A stretch of 43,138 nucleotides of DNA, from IMG/VR virus record IMGVR_UViG_3300044513_000416, positions 1-43,138 of that record. The stretch is one strand, 5' to 3'. Shown here piece by piece: positions 1 to 8,693 of this stretch (positions are counted from its first letter, which is position 1; each line of letters begins with the position of its first letter). This stretch comes from a virus (lineage: Duplodnaviria > Caudoviricetes). The notes beneath the pieces were generated by a model, which was not told the origin of the DNA, did no database searches, and was given only the letters and a program-made list of their open reading frames with translations. The translations under genes and the position numbers were made by a program.

Positions 1-2
1 TC

Positions 3-671
3 AAAAACAAATATCAATAAAAGAATAATAATTCTTACTGCTTTGTCCACACTTTCCTTTGTAGACTCTCCGTAAAATAATTCTGAGATATATTTAATAG
101 GACCTAGTTCTGCATCTAAGTCTGCAATCTCTCTACGTAATGGTAAAAGTTCTAAGTTTAAGGCATCTATGTTTGCTACTGCCTCATCTATTTGTTTGTT
201 TAATTCTAAACGTTCTTGTCGCTGTGTCCTGTTTACATAGTTTTTATCTTTACCCAATGATGTAGCAAGAGTGTCATCTAAACCTGCTATTCTAGTTTGA
301 GCATTTCTTAATTTACTTGTCTCTGCATCTAATCTAAACTCTATAACTTCTATGTTTAAGTCTTTATTTACACCCACGGACTCTTGGTCAATGTGAGCTC
401 TTGATAAAAAGCCAAAGATACCTATTGATGTAATAAGAGAAAGAACTAATACTGCTGGCACAAAATACAGTTTCATCAATGTGCCCGTTGTTTTCCAATA
501 CCTATACAACCATGATGCCGTTACAAGTTTTGCTACTTCTAATGCTATACCCATGCTTAGAATAGACATGGCAGCTGCCGGGAATATTGTAATTAATCCG
601 ACAATAGAAAAATAGGCAGCAACTGAACTTACTGCTAATGCTGAAAATATTAATAATAGAATGAATGTCAT
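3..671 (-). CDS. Membrane protein with coiled-coil region (3'-truncated by window edge)
   Basis: Not in the ORF track. Manual translation from ATG 671 gives MTFILLLIFSALAVSSVAAYFSIVGLITIFP...LEVAKLVTASWLYRYW...SIGIFGFLSRAH, with three hydrophobic segments. No stop seen before the window edge. Confidence 0.8.
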   Translation of the reverse strand, partial: MTFILLLIFSALAVSSVAAYFSIVGLITIFPAAAMSILSMGIALEVAKLVTASWLYRYWKTTGTLMKLYFVPAVLVLSLITSIGIFGFLSRAHIDQESVGVNKDLNIEVIEFRLDAETSKLRNAQTRIAGLDDTLATSLGKDKNYVNRTQRQERLELNKQIDEAVANIDALNLELLPLRREIADLDAELGPIKYISELFYGESTKESVDKAVRIIILLLIFVF

Positions 672-676
672 ATAAC

Positions 677-684
677 TATTTATG
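677..684 (-). promoter_or_regulatory. T4-type late promoter (CATAAATA), 5 nt upstream of ATG 671
   Basis: Minus strand reads CATAAATA-GTTAT-ATG and overlaps the stop codon of the upstream ORF. Confidence 0.6.
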
Positions 685-1015
685 CCCTCGGAGACCACTT
701 TATAGGCTCAAAGTCTGCTAATGGTTCCTTATTTAATCTGATATTTAACATAGAATTTAAACATTTAGGGTCTTTACGTTGTTGCCATTGTAATAAGAAC
801 TCCTGCATCTTAGCCCAACCTTTTCTATCGAACTCCGCTATTGTTTCCTTTTCAAGCTCACCCTCGTATTCTTTTACGTATTTAGAACTGCCATAATATT
901 TTTCATATAATCTTTCTGGCTTGCCGGAATATCCTATATAATAATTTCCGTTGGGAAAATATGTGCAGTAAACTCTATGAACTTGAGGTTCCTTTTTCTT
1001 CCTTTTCCTTGCCAT
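680..1015 (-). CDS. Small GIY-YIG-like nuclease domain protein
   Basis: VYCTYFPNGNYYIGYS matches the GIY-x-YIG strand pair. Only about 111 aa, with no C-terminal DNA-binding modules. Confidence 0.6.
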   Translation of the reverse strand: MARKRKKKEPQVHRVYCTYFPNGNYYIGYSGKPERLYEKYYGSSKYVKEYEGELEKETIAEFDRKGWAKMQEFLLQWQQRKDPKCLNSMLNIRLNKEPLADFEPIKWSPRA

Positions 1016-1142
1016 AATCACTTCCTATAATATCGTTATCACTCCACATTCTTTCAAATGCTTCATCTTTATTTATAGGTTTGATTTTAGGCTTATCCCC
1101 GAACTTCTTTTTGAGTCCTTTTGATTCTTTAGTCTTCTTCAT
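975..1142 (-). CDS. Small charged hypothetical protein (55 aa)
   Basis: Manual translation MKKTKESKGLKKKFGDKPKIKPINKDEAFERMWSDND... fills the gap but overlaps both neighbours. Confidence 0.35.
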   Translation of the reverse strand: MKKTKESKGLKKKFGDKPKIKPINKDEAFERMWSDNDIIGSDYGKEKEEKGTSSS

Positions 1143-1299
1143 CTGTTGAATCAAAACTAAGTTCCTCGCTGTGTTCTAGTTCCTCACCGCAAAAGGCACA
1201 ATGTTTTGGTATATAGAAATCAGTTAAATCCTCAAAGGTGATTGTATAGACAGCCTCACAGTGCGTGCATTCTATTTTTCCTTCTTTTTCTATGCCCAT
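1129..1299 (-). CDS. Small zinc-ribbon protein (56 aa)
   Basis: Manual translation MGIEKEGKIECTHCEAVYTITFEDLTDFYIPKHCAFCGEELEHSEELSFDSTDEED has two CxxC motifs. The start overlaps the nrdB stop. Confidence 0.8.
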   Translation of the reverse strand: MGIEKEGKIECTHCEAVYTITFEDLTDFYIPKHCAFCGEELEHSEELSFDSTDEED

Positions 1300-2267
1300 A
1301 TATCACCCCAATCCCCTGTAGTAGCACCTCTAGCATAATCGGTTGCTCTATTTTCAAAAAAGTTAGTATGAGTAGGAGCATTAATCATTTCCTCAACCCA
1401 TAGTAACGGATTCTTTTTCACTTTAAATATACCCTTTAGGCCTAAACTAATAAGACGTCTATCGCAAATATATCTAATATATTTTTTAACATCCTCAGAA
1501 GTTAAATTTTCCATTGGACCCATAGCAAATGCTAGGTCAATAAATTTATCTTCGAGCTCTACCATTTGTTCTGCAATAGTGTAGATGTCTCCCTTAGTTT
1601 TATCATTCCATATTTCTAAGTTTTCGTTGACATATTCTCTAAACAATTTAATCATAGACTCAGCATGCATTGTTTCGTCAACAATAGACCATGTAACAAT
1701 TTGTCCCATGCCTTTCATCTTGCCATGTCTTGGGAAGTTTAGTAGCATAATAAAGGAACTAAATAACTGCATTCCCTCAGTAAATGCTGAAAAGGCTGCT
1801 ATGTTTGTAGCAATAGATGCCTTAGTCCCATTCTTACTGCTAAGGTCAAGAAAGTATTCATGTTTATCTTTCATCGCATCATACTCTAAAAACTCATTGT
1901 AGGTGCTCTCAGGCATTCCTAAAGTCTCTATGAGGTGAGAATAGGCTGCTACGTGTAGTGCCTCTCTAGCTGCAAATCCAGATAACATCATACGAATTTC
2001 TGGTTGTGGGAAGTAAGGTAAATAATTTTTTACATACCCTCCTGCAACATCTATATCTCCTTGTGTAAAGAATCTAAAAATATTTGTTAGGAACCCTTGT
2101 TCTGCTTTTGTTATTTTATTGTTCCAATCTTTTACATCCTCAGCCATAGGAACTTCTGTATGAAGCCAATGTGATTGCTCGTGTTTTAACCAAGCATCAT
2201 ACGCCCAGGCATAATTGAATGGTTTAAAATAATCTCGTTCATCCTGTAATTTTAATTTTGTATTCAT
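1290..2267 (-). CDS. nrdB: Ribonucleotide reductase class I, beta subunit
   Basis: Di-iron motifs EALHVAAY and DETMH, FTEG, and C-terminal NFFENRATDY. Confidence 0.97.
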   Translation of the reverse strand: MNTKLKLQDERDYFKPFNYAWAYDAWLKHEQSHWLHTEVPMAEDVKDWNNKITKAEQGFLTNIFRFFTQGDIDVAGGYVKNYLPYFPQPEIRMMLSGFAAREALHVAAYSHLIETLGMPESTYNEFLEYDAMKDKHEYFLDLSSKNGTKASIATNIAAFSAFTEGMQLFSSFIMLLNFPRHGKMKGMGQIVTWSIVDETMHAESMIKLFREYVNENLEIWNDKTKGDIYTIAEQMVELEDKFIDLAFAMGPMENLTSEDVKKYIRYICDRRLISLGLKGIFKVKKNPLLWVEEMINAPTHTNFFENRATDYARGATTGDWGDIWA

Positions 2268-2273
2268 TTTCTT

Positions 2274-4067
2274 TTATCCTTCGCATGCAATACAATCATC
2301 ATTATTAACGAGTGCACTCATGTCTATTTCTTTAATTACTTCTCTTTCTATACGTTTAGAAACTTTATCTGCTTTTCCTAGTTTCTCTGAACGACAATAA
2401 TATAATGTTTTTAATTCTGCTTTCCAAGCTTTAAAATGGACAGCATGAATGTATTTAATATTTGCATCCGGTCTAAAAAATAAATTTAAACTTTGTGCTT
2501 GGTCTATGTATTGCTGTCTGTCGGCAGCGTGTTGAATTAACCAACGTTGGTCTATTTCCATAGATGTTTTAAATACATCTTTCTCATCATCTGATAAAAA
2601 ATCTAAGTGTTGAACCGAACCATCATTAGCTATTATTGACGACCAAGTTTCATCATAATCCAATTTTTTATTACCATCGACTTTGCTTTTAATAAGGTCA
2701 TCCAAATATCTATTCTTATTGAGATACGCTCCACTAAGCGTGTCTTGTCTATAGGCATTAGCTCTATAAGGCTCAATACTAGGGCTAGTGTTTCCCATAA
2801 TAATACTACTAGAAGCATTGGGAGCAATAGCCATGACGTGGCTAAATCTTTGACCTGTGCCTTTAGCGTCTGGCGCCTCTCCTCTTTCTTTTCCGAGTTC
2901 AATGTTTGCATCATTTAATTTACTCCTGATAAGTTTGAACATACGTTCGTTTGTTCCTTGAGCTATAATACCTTCCCATGGAATACCTTTTCTTTGTAGG
3001 TAAGCATGAAAACCTAAAGCCCCTACACCTATACTTCTTTCACGTTTTGCAGAATATATAGCTCTGCCTACAGTTTTAGGAGCATTTTTTATAAAAAACT
3101 CTAATACATTGTCTAACATTTCTGCCATGTCTTTTAGGAACATTGGGTCCTTAGACCATGCATCATAGTATTCTAAATTCACAGATGATAAACAACATAC
3201 AGCTGTTCTATCCTTATTTGTCGGTAATATAATTTCAGAACATAAATTAGACTGATGTATTTTTAATCCTAATTTCTTTTGAAACTCAGGTAAATGTTTA
3301 TTACTTGTATCAATAAAATGAATATACGGTTCACCTGTCTCCATTCTTAGTTCTAAAATCTTTTGCCATAATTTTTTAGCAGAAACTGTATCTTTAATTA
3401 ATCCAGAGTTAGGGTCAATTAAATTCCAACCATCATCTGCATCTGGGTCTATCATACATCTTTCAATGATTTCCATGAACCTATCACTAATATTAATACC
3501 GTGATGTAAGTTTAATGCTCTCATGTTCGGGTCGCCTGTTGGCTTTCTCATTTCCAAAAACATAAGAACATCTGGATGTGATATATCCAAGTAGGCAGCG
3601 TATGACCCACGTCTTGTTTTACCTTGTCTATATGCTAAAGAACTTGCATCATATGTTTTTAAATGTGGCATAACTCCTGTAGACTTAGCATCGCTTGAAC
3701 GTATACCAAACCCAATACCTACACCACCACCTAACATACTTAACCAATTAGTTTCTGATAAATTTTCTACAAGTCCTTCTGATGTATCATTTATATAGTT
3801 TAAAAAACATGAGATGGGCATACCCCTTTTACTTTTACCATATGATAGTATGGGTGTAGAATATGATAGCCAATGTTTACTACTATACTCATATAGTCTT
3901 TGTGCATGTTCTGGGTTAGAACCAAATGCTTTACTTACATAAGCAAATCTTTCTTGAGGACTTGTTTCCTCGTCTCGCATATAACTTTCTTTTAGTCTTT
4001 GTAACCCCAATTTGTCGAATAGATTATCTCTAGACAGATCGATTTTAATACCGTTGTATTCCTTCAT
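2274..4067 (-). CDS. nrdA: Ribonucleotide reductase class I, alpha subunit (short, no ATP cone)
   Basis: ISCF, SNLCSEI catalytic motif, APNASSS, IDQAQS, TLYY and C-terminal CIAC. Confidence 0.97.
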   Translation of the reverse strand: MKEYNGIKIDLSRDNLFDKLGLQRLKESYMRDEETSPQERFAYVSKAFGSNPEHAQRLYEYSSKHWLSYSTPILSYGKSKRGMPISCFLNYINDTSEGLVENLSETNWLSMLGGGVGIGFGIRSSDAKSTGVMPHLKTYDASSLAYRQGKTRRGSYAAYLDISHPDVLMFLEMRKPTGDPNMRALNLHHGINISDRFMEIIERCMIDPDADDGWNLIDPNSGLIKDTVSAKKLWQKILELRMETGEPYIHFIDTSNKHLPEFQKKLGLKIHQSNLCSEIILPTNKDRTAVCCLSSVNLEYYDAWSKDPMFLKDMAEMLDNVLEFFIKNAPKTVGRAIYSAKRERSIGVGALGFHAYLQRKGIPWEGIIAQGTNERMFKLIRSKLNDANIELGKERGEAPDAKGTGQRFSHVMAIAPNASSSIIMGNTSPSIEPYRANAYRQDTLSGAYLNKNRYLDDLIKSKVDGNKKLDYDETWSSIIANDGSVQHLDFLSDDEKDVFKTSMEIDQRWLIQHAADRQQYIDQAQSLNLFFRPDANIKYIHAVHFKAWKAELKTLYYCRSEKLGKADKVSKRIEREVIKEIDMSALVNNDDCIACEG

Positions 4068-4073
4068 AATTAT

Positions 4074-4490
4074 TTAAATGTTTGTTTGTTTTTTAATGTA
4101 TAAATCTGCCATTTCTTGACTCAAGAACATGCGTTCTTCAATAATGGCATTAGTTTCTGCATTGTAGGCTACTACACGAAAATGAGTTTGATTATTTTCA
4201 AAATGCACGGGCCACGAATTAAATCTTTTAGAGATTGTTGGGGCCGGAGTAGGAGCAGGTGTCGGGGCAGGAGTAGGAGCAGGTGTCGGCGCTGGAGTAG
4301 GAGCAGGTGTTGGGGCCGGAGCCTTTTTAGCAATAGCTTCGGCAGCTATTTGTTTATTCTGAACATTTAATATGCTATTTACCATTTCTTTCTTTAGCAT
4401 AGACATATCAAGCACAAGGCCAAAATCACCTTTTGCTAATGTTACTAGTTTTGCTTTTGTATTTTTATTTAAATCTTTTTCACTAATCAT
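4074..4490 (-). CDS. Hypothetical protein with (PAPT)7 linker
   Basis: 138-aa ORF abutting the primase stop, with two small domains separated by a Pro/Thr repeat. Confidence 0.75.
   Translation of the reverse strand: MISEKDLNKNTKAKLVTLAKGDFGLVLDMSMLKKEMVNSILNVQNKQIAAEAIAKKAPAPTPAPTPAPTPAPTPAPTPAPTPAPTISKRFNSWPVHFENNQTHFRVVAYNAETNAIIEERMFLSQEMADLYIKKQTNI
4236..4319 (-). repeat. Coding tandem repeat, 7 x 12 bp (PAPT), with a 24-bp higher-order unit
   Basis: ggagtaggagcaggtgt occurs three times at 24-bp spacing. Third codon positions otherwise vary. Confidence 0.9.
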
Positions 4491-5528
4491 TTAACATTTT
4501 CTCCATGCTGATAGTTTCATTTTTGCCGTTAAATTTATAAAAGTATTGACTTCAATTATGTTCTGTATTTCACCAATATCCATACCAGATAATACCATAT
4601 CGTTAATGTCTTTACCTTCTATAGACTCAGGCCAAATACATATTCCATAACCTAAATCAATGTATTTTTCCATCAATTTAACTATCTCTTTATTCTTCGG
4701 TTGATTGTCAAAAACAATCGTAACATTGCCCTTAGGTAGTTGTAGATGCTCTATTTTGTTAAAACTAGTTCCAGCACAGGCTATGGCATTAGTTAAAAAT
4801 AGACTGTCCAGAGGCCCTTCTACTACAGTCATAGGGCTATTTGTGTCTATTGTGTCTAAGCCAAATACTGTAGGGGCATCTTCATCTATTTTTAATTGTA
4901 TGTAGCGAAGTGCTTCATCTCTCATACCTCTAAGAGACAACCCAGTTAGTTCTTTATCCTTATTATAAAAGGGTATAACCAATCTAGGTTCATTGGTAAG
5001 AATGCTATTTCTGTATTTATTATTTAATAAAACAGCATCCTTAATATCATTTATAAAAAATAATCTGTTGAACCTATCTTCAGGTATTTTCCTAGATTTA
5101 GCATACATTACTGCTTCATTATCTGCAGGCAACATATCTAAACGGACACAAATATCTTCTAACTTGTTATCTGTTTTAGTTTTAAATTGAGGTTTAAAAT
5201 CAGGTAAAGCGTCTTTTACAGTCTTTTTATTACGTGTATCTGAATAGCCTGAACTATTTGCATACCTTTCCAATGCGTATTCTTTATATAGTAAGCTATC
5301 CATATCTTTTAACATACTTCCAAAATGGGCGCCATGTGAACAGTTATGACATTTATACATCATTGAGTTTTCTTTCTTATAAAAGTAACCTCGCATTTTA
5401 CGTTTGTTCTTTTGCGAGTCACCACAGACAGGACAACGCACATTAAATGTGTAATCATCCTTTCTTTTGAAAATCTCAAAACGATGTGAAATCATCTGAA
5501 GGTATTTAACGTCGATATATAGACTCAT
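4491..5528 (-). CDS. gp61: T4 gp61-like DNA primase
   Basis: Zn motifs RCPVCGDS and YKCHNC, TOPRIM VVEGPLDSLF, FDNQP and KDINDM. Start moved to ATG 5528 because ATG 5537 lies inside the -10 box. Confidence 0.95.
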   Translation of the reverse strand: MSLYIDVKYLQMISHRFEIFKRKDDYTFNVRCPVCGDSQKNKRKMRGYFYKKENSMMYKCHNCSHGAHFGSMLKDMDSLLYKEYALERYANSSGYSDTRNKKTVKDALPDFKPQFKTKTDNKLEDICVRLDMLPADNEAVMYAKSRKIPEDRFNRLFFINDIKDAVLLNNKYRNSILTNEPRLVIPFYNKDKELTGLSLRGMRDEALRYIQLKIDEDAPTVFGLDTIDTNSPMTVVEGPLDSLFLTNAIACAGTSFNKIEHLQLPKGNVTIVFDNQPKNKEIVKLMEKYIDLGYGICIWPESIEGKDINDMVLSGMDIGEIQNIIEVNTFINLTAKMKLSAWRKC

Positions 5529-5535
5529 ACCAAGC

Positions 5536-5564
5536 ATTATATAGGGTTTAGATTATTTTGTCAA
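5536..5564 (-). promoter_or_regulatory. sigma70-type promoter of primase
   Basis: TTGACA-N17-TATAAT, perfect consensus, 7 nt from ATG. Confidence 0.9.
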
Positions 5565-6049
5565 GACATTAAGGACATCAAAAAGTCCATATTTCCGAAT
5601 AATACTCCGAGAATTGAAGCTGCCCCTAAAATAAACCATTGTCTTTTTTCTAGGTCAGCCATTTTTTGCTCTAGTTTCCAACGAGCCTCATCCTGTTTTA
5701 AATCTTTTTGTTCGATATGAACTTTTAAATCACCAATAGCATTCATAATTTTATCAACTTGAGCATGAGCTTCTTTTTGAGCCTCACGCTGCCCGGTTGT
5801 TATTCTACTATGCAGTTCTTTCATATCTTCGTTGAGCTCCAGTCTTCGCTTTTCTACCAAATGAAATAAATCTTCCGTATCTTGTTCCGTTTGAGCAATC
5901 TTCTGCTCATGAACGGCTAACATTTTATTAATGCAATTAGAAACATCTGATATCTTTTCAATAGCAGAGTCGAGTTTAGAAAAGACTTCTCTAGTAGAAG
6001 TAATTTCCTTTTCTAGTAATGCGACTTGTGTTTCTAATTCTTTAGCCAT
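5561..6049 (-). CDS. Coiled-coil protein with C-terminal membrane anchor
   Basis: Heptad-rich body with a terminal WFILGAASILGVLFG segment. Confidence 0.8.
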   Translation of the reverse strand: MAKELETQVALLEKEITSTREVFSKLDSAIEKISDVSNCINKMLAVHEQKIAQTEQDTEDLFHLVEKRRLELNEDMKELHSRITTGQREAQKEAHAQVDKIMNAIGDLKVHIEQKDLKQDEARWKLEQKMADLEKRQWFILGAASILGVLFGNMDFLMSLMS

Positions 6050-6055
6050 GATGTT

Positions 6056-6307
6056 TTATTTTTTAACTGCTGGTTTGCGACCTCTTCGCTTTTTACCTGT
6101 AGCTGCAGATGCTACTTGTTTGGCTTGTTTGCCAACATTTTTAACTGCTTTACCGACATCGTCGATTTCTTTTTTAACAGCTTTTGCTCTTTTTACAGTT
6201 GCTTTTTTAACAGCTTTTCCTGCATCAACAGCATCCTTTTGGTCAACCTTTCCGTCTTTATTAAAGTCAAAAAAGGCTTTTAATTTTTCCAATAAACTTT
6301 GTAACAT
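6056..6307 (-). CDS. Small Lys/Ala-rich protein with EF-hand-like loop
   Basis: DFNKDGKVDQKD loop and basic tail, with SD GGAGG upstream. Confidence 0.75.
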   Translation of the reverse strand: MLQSLLEKLKAFFDFNKDGKVDQKDAVDAGKAVKKATVKRAKAVKKEIDDVGKAVKNVGKQAKQVASAATGKKRRGRKPAVKK

Positions 6308-6351
6308 AATATGCCTCCAATAGTATAGTTTATTATTTACGTAATGATTAT

Positions 6352-7017
6352 TTATGTATTTTCATTATTAGAATTAGGTTCTATTTCACCTTTTCCTAAA
6401 ATAAAATTTGTTGGCGGTTGCCAGCTTCCGTTGTATTTATATTGATTGGGATATGGTTTAAAAGGTTTGACGTCTTCCATAGTAATTACTTCCCTTGGAT
6501 ATTTTTCATATATCTTTTGTATATAATTATGCCCATCTAATAACCTTCTATACCCATTTAATAAAGCTATATCAGTTATTTCTTTTGTGTAATTAACCCT
6601 AGTATCATCAAAAGAACTCATGTCCTTAAATCCTGCCATCCATTTGTCTGGGTTTTGAAATGCTTTACTAACTGCCTGTCGTTTGGCTACTGTATAACTT
6701 ACAACTTGTTCTAATGTATTTCTTCTATGTGAATATATGATTTTATCTGAAAACTTACAAAATTTAAGACATATATCAAGTATTTCATTTGAGTTTAAAT
6801 GAAATCCTCTTTCTAATTGTGTTGGATGTAATTTAGCAATAACATTATTTTCACCACGGGCAAAGGTGTTAAATTTTTCATCTATATACTCGTCTATGTT
6901 TTGCGCTCCAAATCCAGAAAAAAGTTCACCCATGCTTCCGAGATTGTGTTCTTCTTTTAATTTGTTAAGGAGTGTCCAACTTCCTGTGCGAAAGTTGCCT
7001 ACTATTAGGATTTTCAT
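6352..7017 (-). CDS. Sulfotransferase-like protein
   Basis: N-terminal LIVGNFRTGSWTL (5'-PSB-like), GELF, and RRNTLEQVVS (3'-PB-like R...S), as in Stf0-type enzymes. Confidence 0.6.
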   Translation of the reverse strand: MKILIVGNFRTGSWTLLNKLKEEHNLGSMGELFSGFGAQNIDEYIDEKFNTFARGENNVIAKLHPTQLERGFHLNSNEILDICLKFCKFSDKIIYSHRRNTLEQVVSYTVAKRQAVSKAFQNPDKWMAGFKDMSSFDDTRVNYTKEITDIALLNGYRRLLDGHNYIQKIYEKYPREVITMEDVKPFKPYPNQYKYNGSWQPPTNFILGKGEIEPNSNNENT

Positions 7018-7020
7018 TAT

Positions 7021-7557
7021 TTATTTAGAGTTACGTCTTATGACCGTTCCGCCTTTCTTTTGTATTTCTTTTTGTTTCTTTTTAGATACACCAGGCTCGC
7101 CTTGAGGGCCAACACCTAAACCTGCAATAGCACCTCCGCCTACACCCATCATTTCATCTAAGTCTTGTATGTAGTTTTTAAATGATATTAGATTGTGATT
7201 TTCTAATAGTCTAGCTTGTTCTTGAACTTTAGGGTCTGTTTCAAATAATTCGATTAAAGTTTCAATTGGTGTGTCCTCATCTATCTCTTTATATTCTCTT
7301 AAAATAGAAAGTGCAGCTGCGAAAGTTAAAAGTCTTTTAGCGTTCATATCGCTAGACCTTGTTAATGCTTTTTGTATTTTAAATACGAAACGTTGAAGTA
7401 AGCTGTATGCTTCTAACTCTTGATTTGTTTGTGGTTCTTTTATTTTCTTGGCGTCTTTATCTACTAGGCCCAATTTATAGGCATCTGATTGAACAATCGG
7501 CGTGGAAAGTAATCGCAATATGCGATATACTACTACGGAGTCTACAAATCTTGACAT
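7021..7557 (-). CDS. Hypothetical protein, possibly head-associated
   Basis: Intact ORF in the virion-protein block, with internal SFKNYIQDLDE resembling a capsid-targeting/cleavage motif. Confidence 0.7.
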   Translation of the reverse strand: MSRFVDSVVVYRILRLLSTPIVQSDAYKLGLVDKDAKKIKEPQTNQELEAYSLLQRFVFKIQKALTRSSDMNAKRLLTFAAALSILREYKEIDEDTPIETLIELFETDPKVQEQARLLENHNLISFKNYIQDLDEMMGVGGGAIAGLGVGPQGEPGVSKKKQKEIQKKGGTVIRRNSK

Positions 7558-7938
7558 TTAAATTTCCCTAAGTTTATCCAATACCTTTCCATCTAATGGA
7601 ATGTTAAAATATTCCGACTTTGTTGGCTTTGCTATCTCGTCCAACGGCACCCTTTTTAAATAAACTAAAAAGGACTTTAATATTGCCCAATACTTTTCCT
7701 CAATTTGATAGAAAAGTAAGCGTGTCGCAGAGTTCCCGAACACATTATATAGCACTACTAGATGATTAAGTATTAGCCTTTCGCTTAATACACCGTTTTT
7801 CGCATATCTGCCAAACAATCTTTTTAGATACTTAAACCGTTTTAAGTCTTGTTCTAAATCATCCATGCCTTCGCATTCTGGATTGTTATAATTCTTTATA
7901 GCATATATGAGAAAGTTATTCTCATTTATTTCAATCAT
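7558..7938 (-). CDS. Conserved hypothetical protein of T4-like aquatic phages
   Basis: Recognised pattern NFLIYAIKNYNNP...DLKRFKYLKRL...ERLILNH...NVFG. Function unknown. Confidence 0.8.
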   Translation of the reverse strand: MIEINENNFLIYAIKNYNNPECEGMDDLEQDLKRFKYLKRLFGRYAKNGVLSERLILNHLVVLYNVFGNSATRLLFYQIEEKYWAILKSFLVYLKRVPLDEIAKPTKSEYFNIPLDGKVLDKLREI

Positions 7939-7945
7939 ACATTAT

Positions 7946-8392
7946 TTAGTTAGTAACAGTAGCAGTTCCTCCAATCATAAACCACTTACCGTTGGCACAT
8001 AGTAAAGTAGCAGTGTGACCTGCCTCCGTAAATCTAATAAGGTCGTGCTGAACATCAGAATCATCTAAGTCTACTGTATATCCACCTGTATTACTTGTCA
8101 TAATAATAATTTTAATTTGACCTTCAGTTCCTGTTCCAATACTCAAAGTCCCACCTGATGATAGGTTATTAAGATAAGTAATGTTAGTTGTTATACTAAC
8201 AGAACCCAATGATGTCATTGTATCTACATCGCCTATTGTAACTTTATCTGTAAAAGCTACAGGGGTAGGAACCGTAGCTAAAAGATTAGCAAAAGTTATT
8301 TTACTACTTGCACCATCTTTAACTAAATAGAGAGTATCAGAAGCAGCTGCTCCCGATACACTCGTTAGTTCACTTAATTTTTGATCAGCCAT
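7946..8392 (-). CDS. Probable virion structural protein
   Basis: MADQKLSELT N-terminus typical of fibre/decoration proteins, Thr/Ser/Gly-rich, downstream of a late promoter. Confidence 0.65.
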   Translation of the reverse strand: MADQKLSELTSVSGAAASDTLYLVKDGASSKITFANLLATVPTPVAFTDKVTIGDVDTMTSLGSVSITTNITYLNNLSSGGTLSIGTGTEGQIKIIIMTSNTGGYTVDLDDSDVQHDLIRFTEAGHTATLLCANGKWFMIGGTATVTN

Positions 8393-8405
8393 TGTTAATT
8401 ACTAA

Positions 8406-8654
8406 TTAACTGTCTGGGAATTCAGCGTCGTCATCTGCTCCACCAGCTGCCTCATATTCAGCATCTGTTGAAGGTTGTGCCATAGCTACTAGAGTTTCGT
8501 AAAGTTTTCTAGAACCTACAGTTTTAACGTGGACCCAACCAGGTTGTGTAATCCCATTAGTAGCTGCGACTTCGGCCTCGTCTACCATGTAGATATCAGC
8601 TGCATCGTAACCAGTTACGACAGGCTTCTGAGTTGTTTTATTCCATGCGGACAT
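8406..8654 (-). CDS. Small probable virion protein
   Basis: MSAW...GWV...ETLVAM...DDDAEFPD, with SD AGGAG and late promoter at 8676-8683. Confidence 0.75.
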   Translation of the reverse strand: MSAWNKTTQKPVVTGYDAADIYMVDEAEVAATNGITQPGWVHVKTVGSRKLYETLVAMAQPSTDAEYEAAGGADDDAEFPDS

Positions 8655-8675
8655 TTTTTTCTCCTATTTTATTTT

Positions 8676-8683
8676 TATTTATA
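8676..8683 (-). promoter_or_regulatory. T4 late promoter TATAAATA
   Basis: Exact motif in the intergenic space upstream of SD/ATG 8654. Confidence 0.8.
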
Positions 8684-8693
8684 CTATAAATTG

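Noticed and set aside
680-1021. Mobile homing endonuclease
   Set aside because: Only a short GIY-YIG-like domain without DNA-binding modules or intron context, so mobility is unsupported.
4236-4319. CRISPR-like or mobile repeat
   Set aside because: It is an in-frame coding repeat with no spacers. No CRISPR array was seen anywhere in the window.
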